Origin: Hydrolagus affinis
Taxonomy: Eukaryota
DNA: 64,000 nt
NCBI GenBank assembly: GCA_012026655.1
Contig: JAAILG010000224.1
Location: 1 to 64,000, forward strand
Reading direction: 5' to 3'
Shown here: positions 63,969 to 64,000 of the stretch, piece after piece
How the letters are laid out: every line of letters starts with the position of its first letter
Position numbering within the stretch: the stretch's first letter is position 1
Notes under the pieces: model-generated
What the model was told of the DNA's origin: nothing
What the model saw: only the letters and a program-made list of their open reading frames with translations
Database searches by the model: none
Position numbers and translations under genes: made by a program

Positions 63969-64000
63969 CAAAATAGGCCAGCTAACAAAAGATTTTTTTT

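Noticed and set aside
1-64000. CRISPR arrays, operons, rRNA or other prokaryotic systems
   Set aside because: The sequence is intron-containing vertebrate DNA; recurring motifs are dispersed SINE/LINE copies, not repeat-spacer arrays.

Overview
AT-rich vertebrate genomic DNA. The repeat content (tRNA-Ala-headed Deu-domain SINEs with L2-type tails, CR1, L2, Penelope, LF-SINE-like copy) suggests a cartilaginous fish, probably a holocephalan such as Callorhinchus; this is inference. The only host gene I can support is the 3' end of TTLL7 (tubulin polyglutamylase) on the minus strand. Four GT-AG exons (62017-62097, 54809-54969, 52027-52200, 46505-46625) splice in frame into the recognisable TTLL7 C-terminus, followed by a probable 2.3-6.3 kb 3' UTR. 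Positions 1-40000 are gene-free: transposon debris plus repeat-free blocks that look like conserved non-coding elements. Nearly all short ORFs in the track are noise or TE fragments. I cannot establish a wholly new system. The best leads are (i) a ~1.7 kb frameshifted transposase-like fossil of an uncommon, DUF6729-like family at 17650-19380, (ii) Penelope-derived hammerhead-ribozyme relics, some inside fold-back hairpins, (iii) an LF-SINE-like copy beside a CNE-like block, (iv) a candidate in-frame 72-nt TTLL7 cassette exon and (v) repeated nesting of ~30-80 nt L2 tail units inside other repeats. Family names come from recalled motifs, not database searches, and repeat boundaries are approximate.
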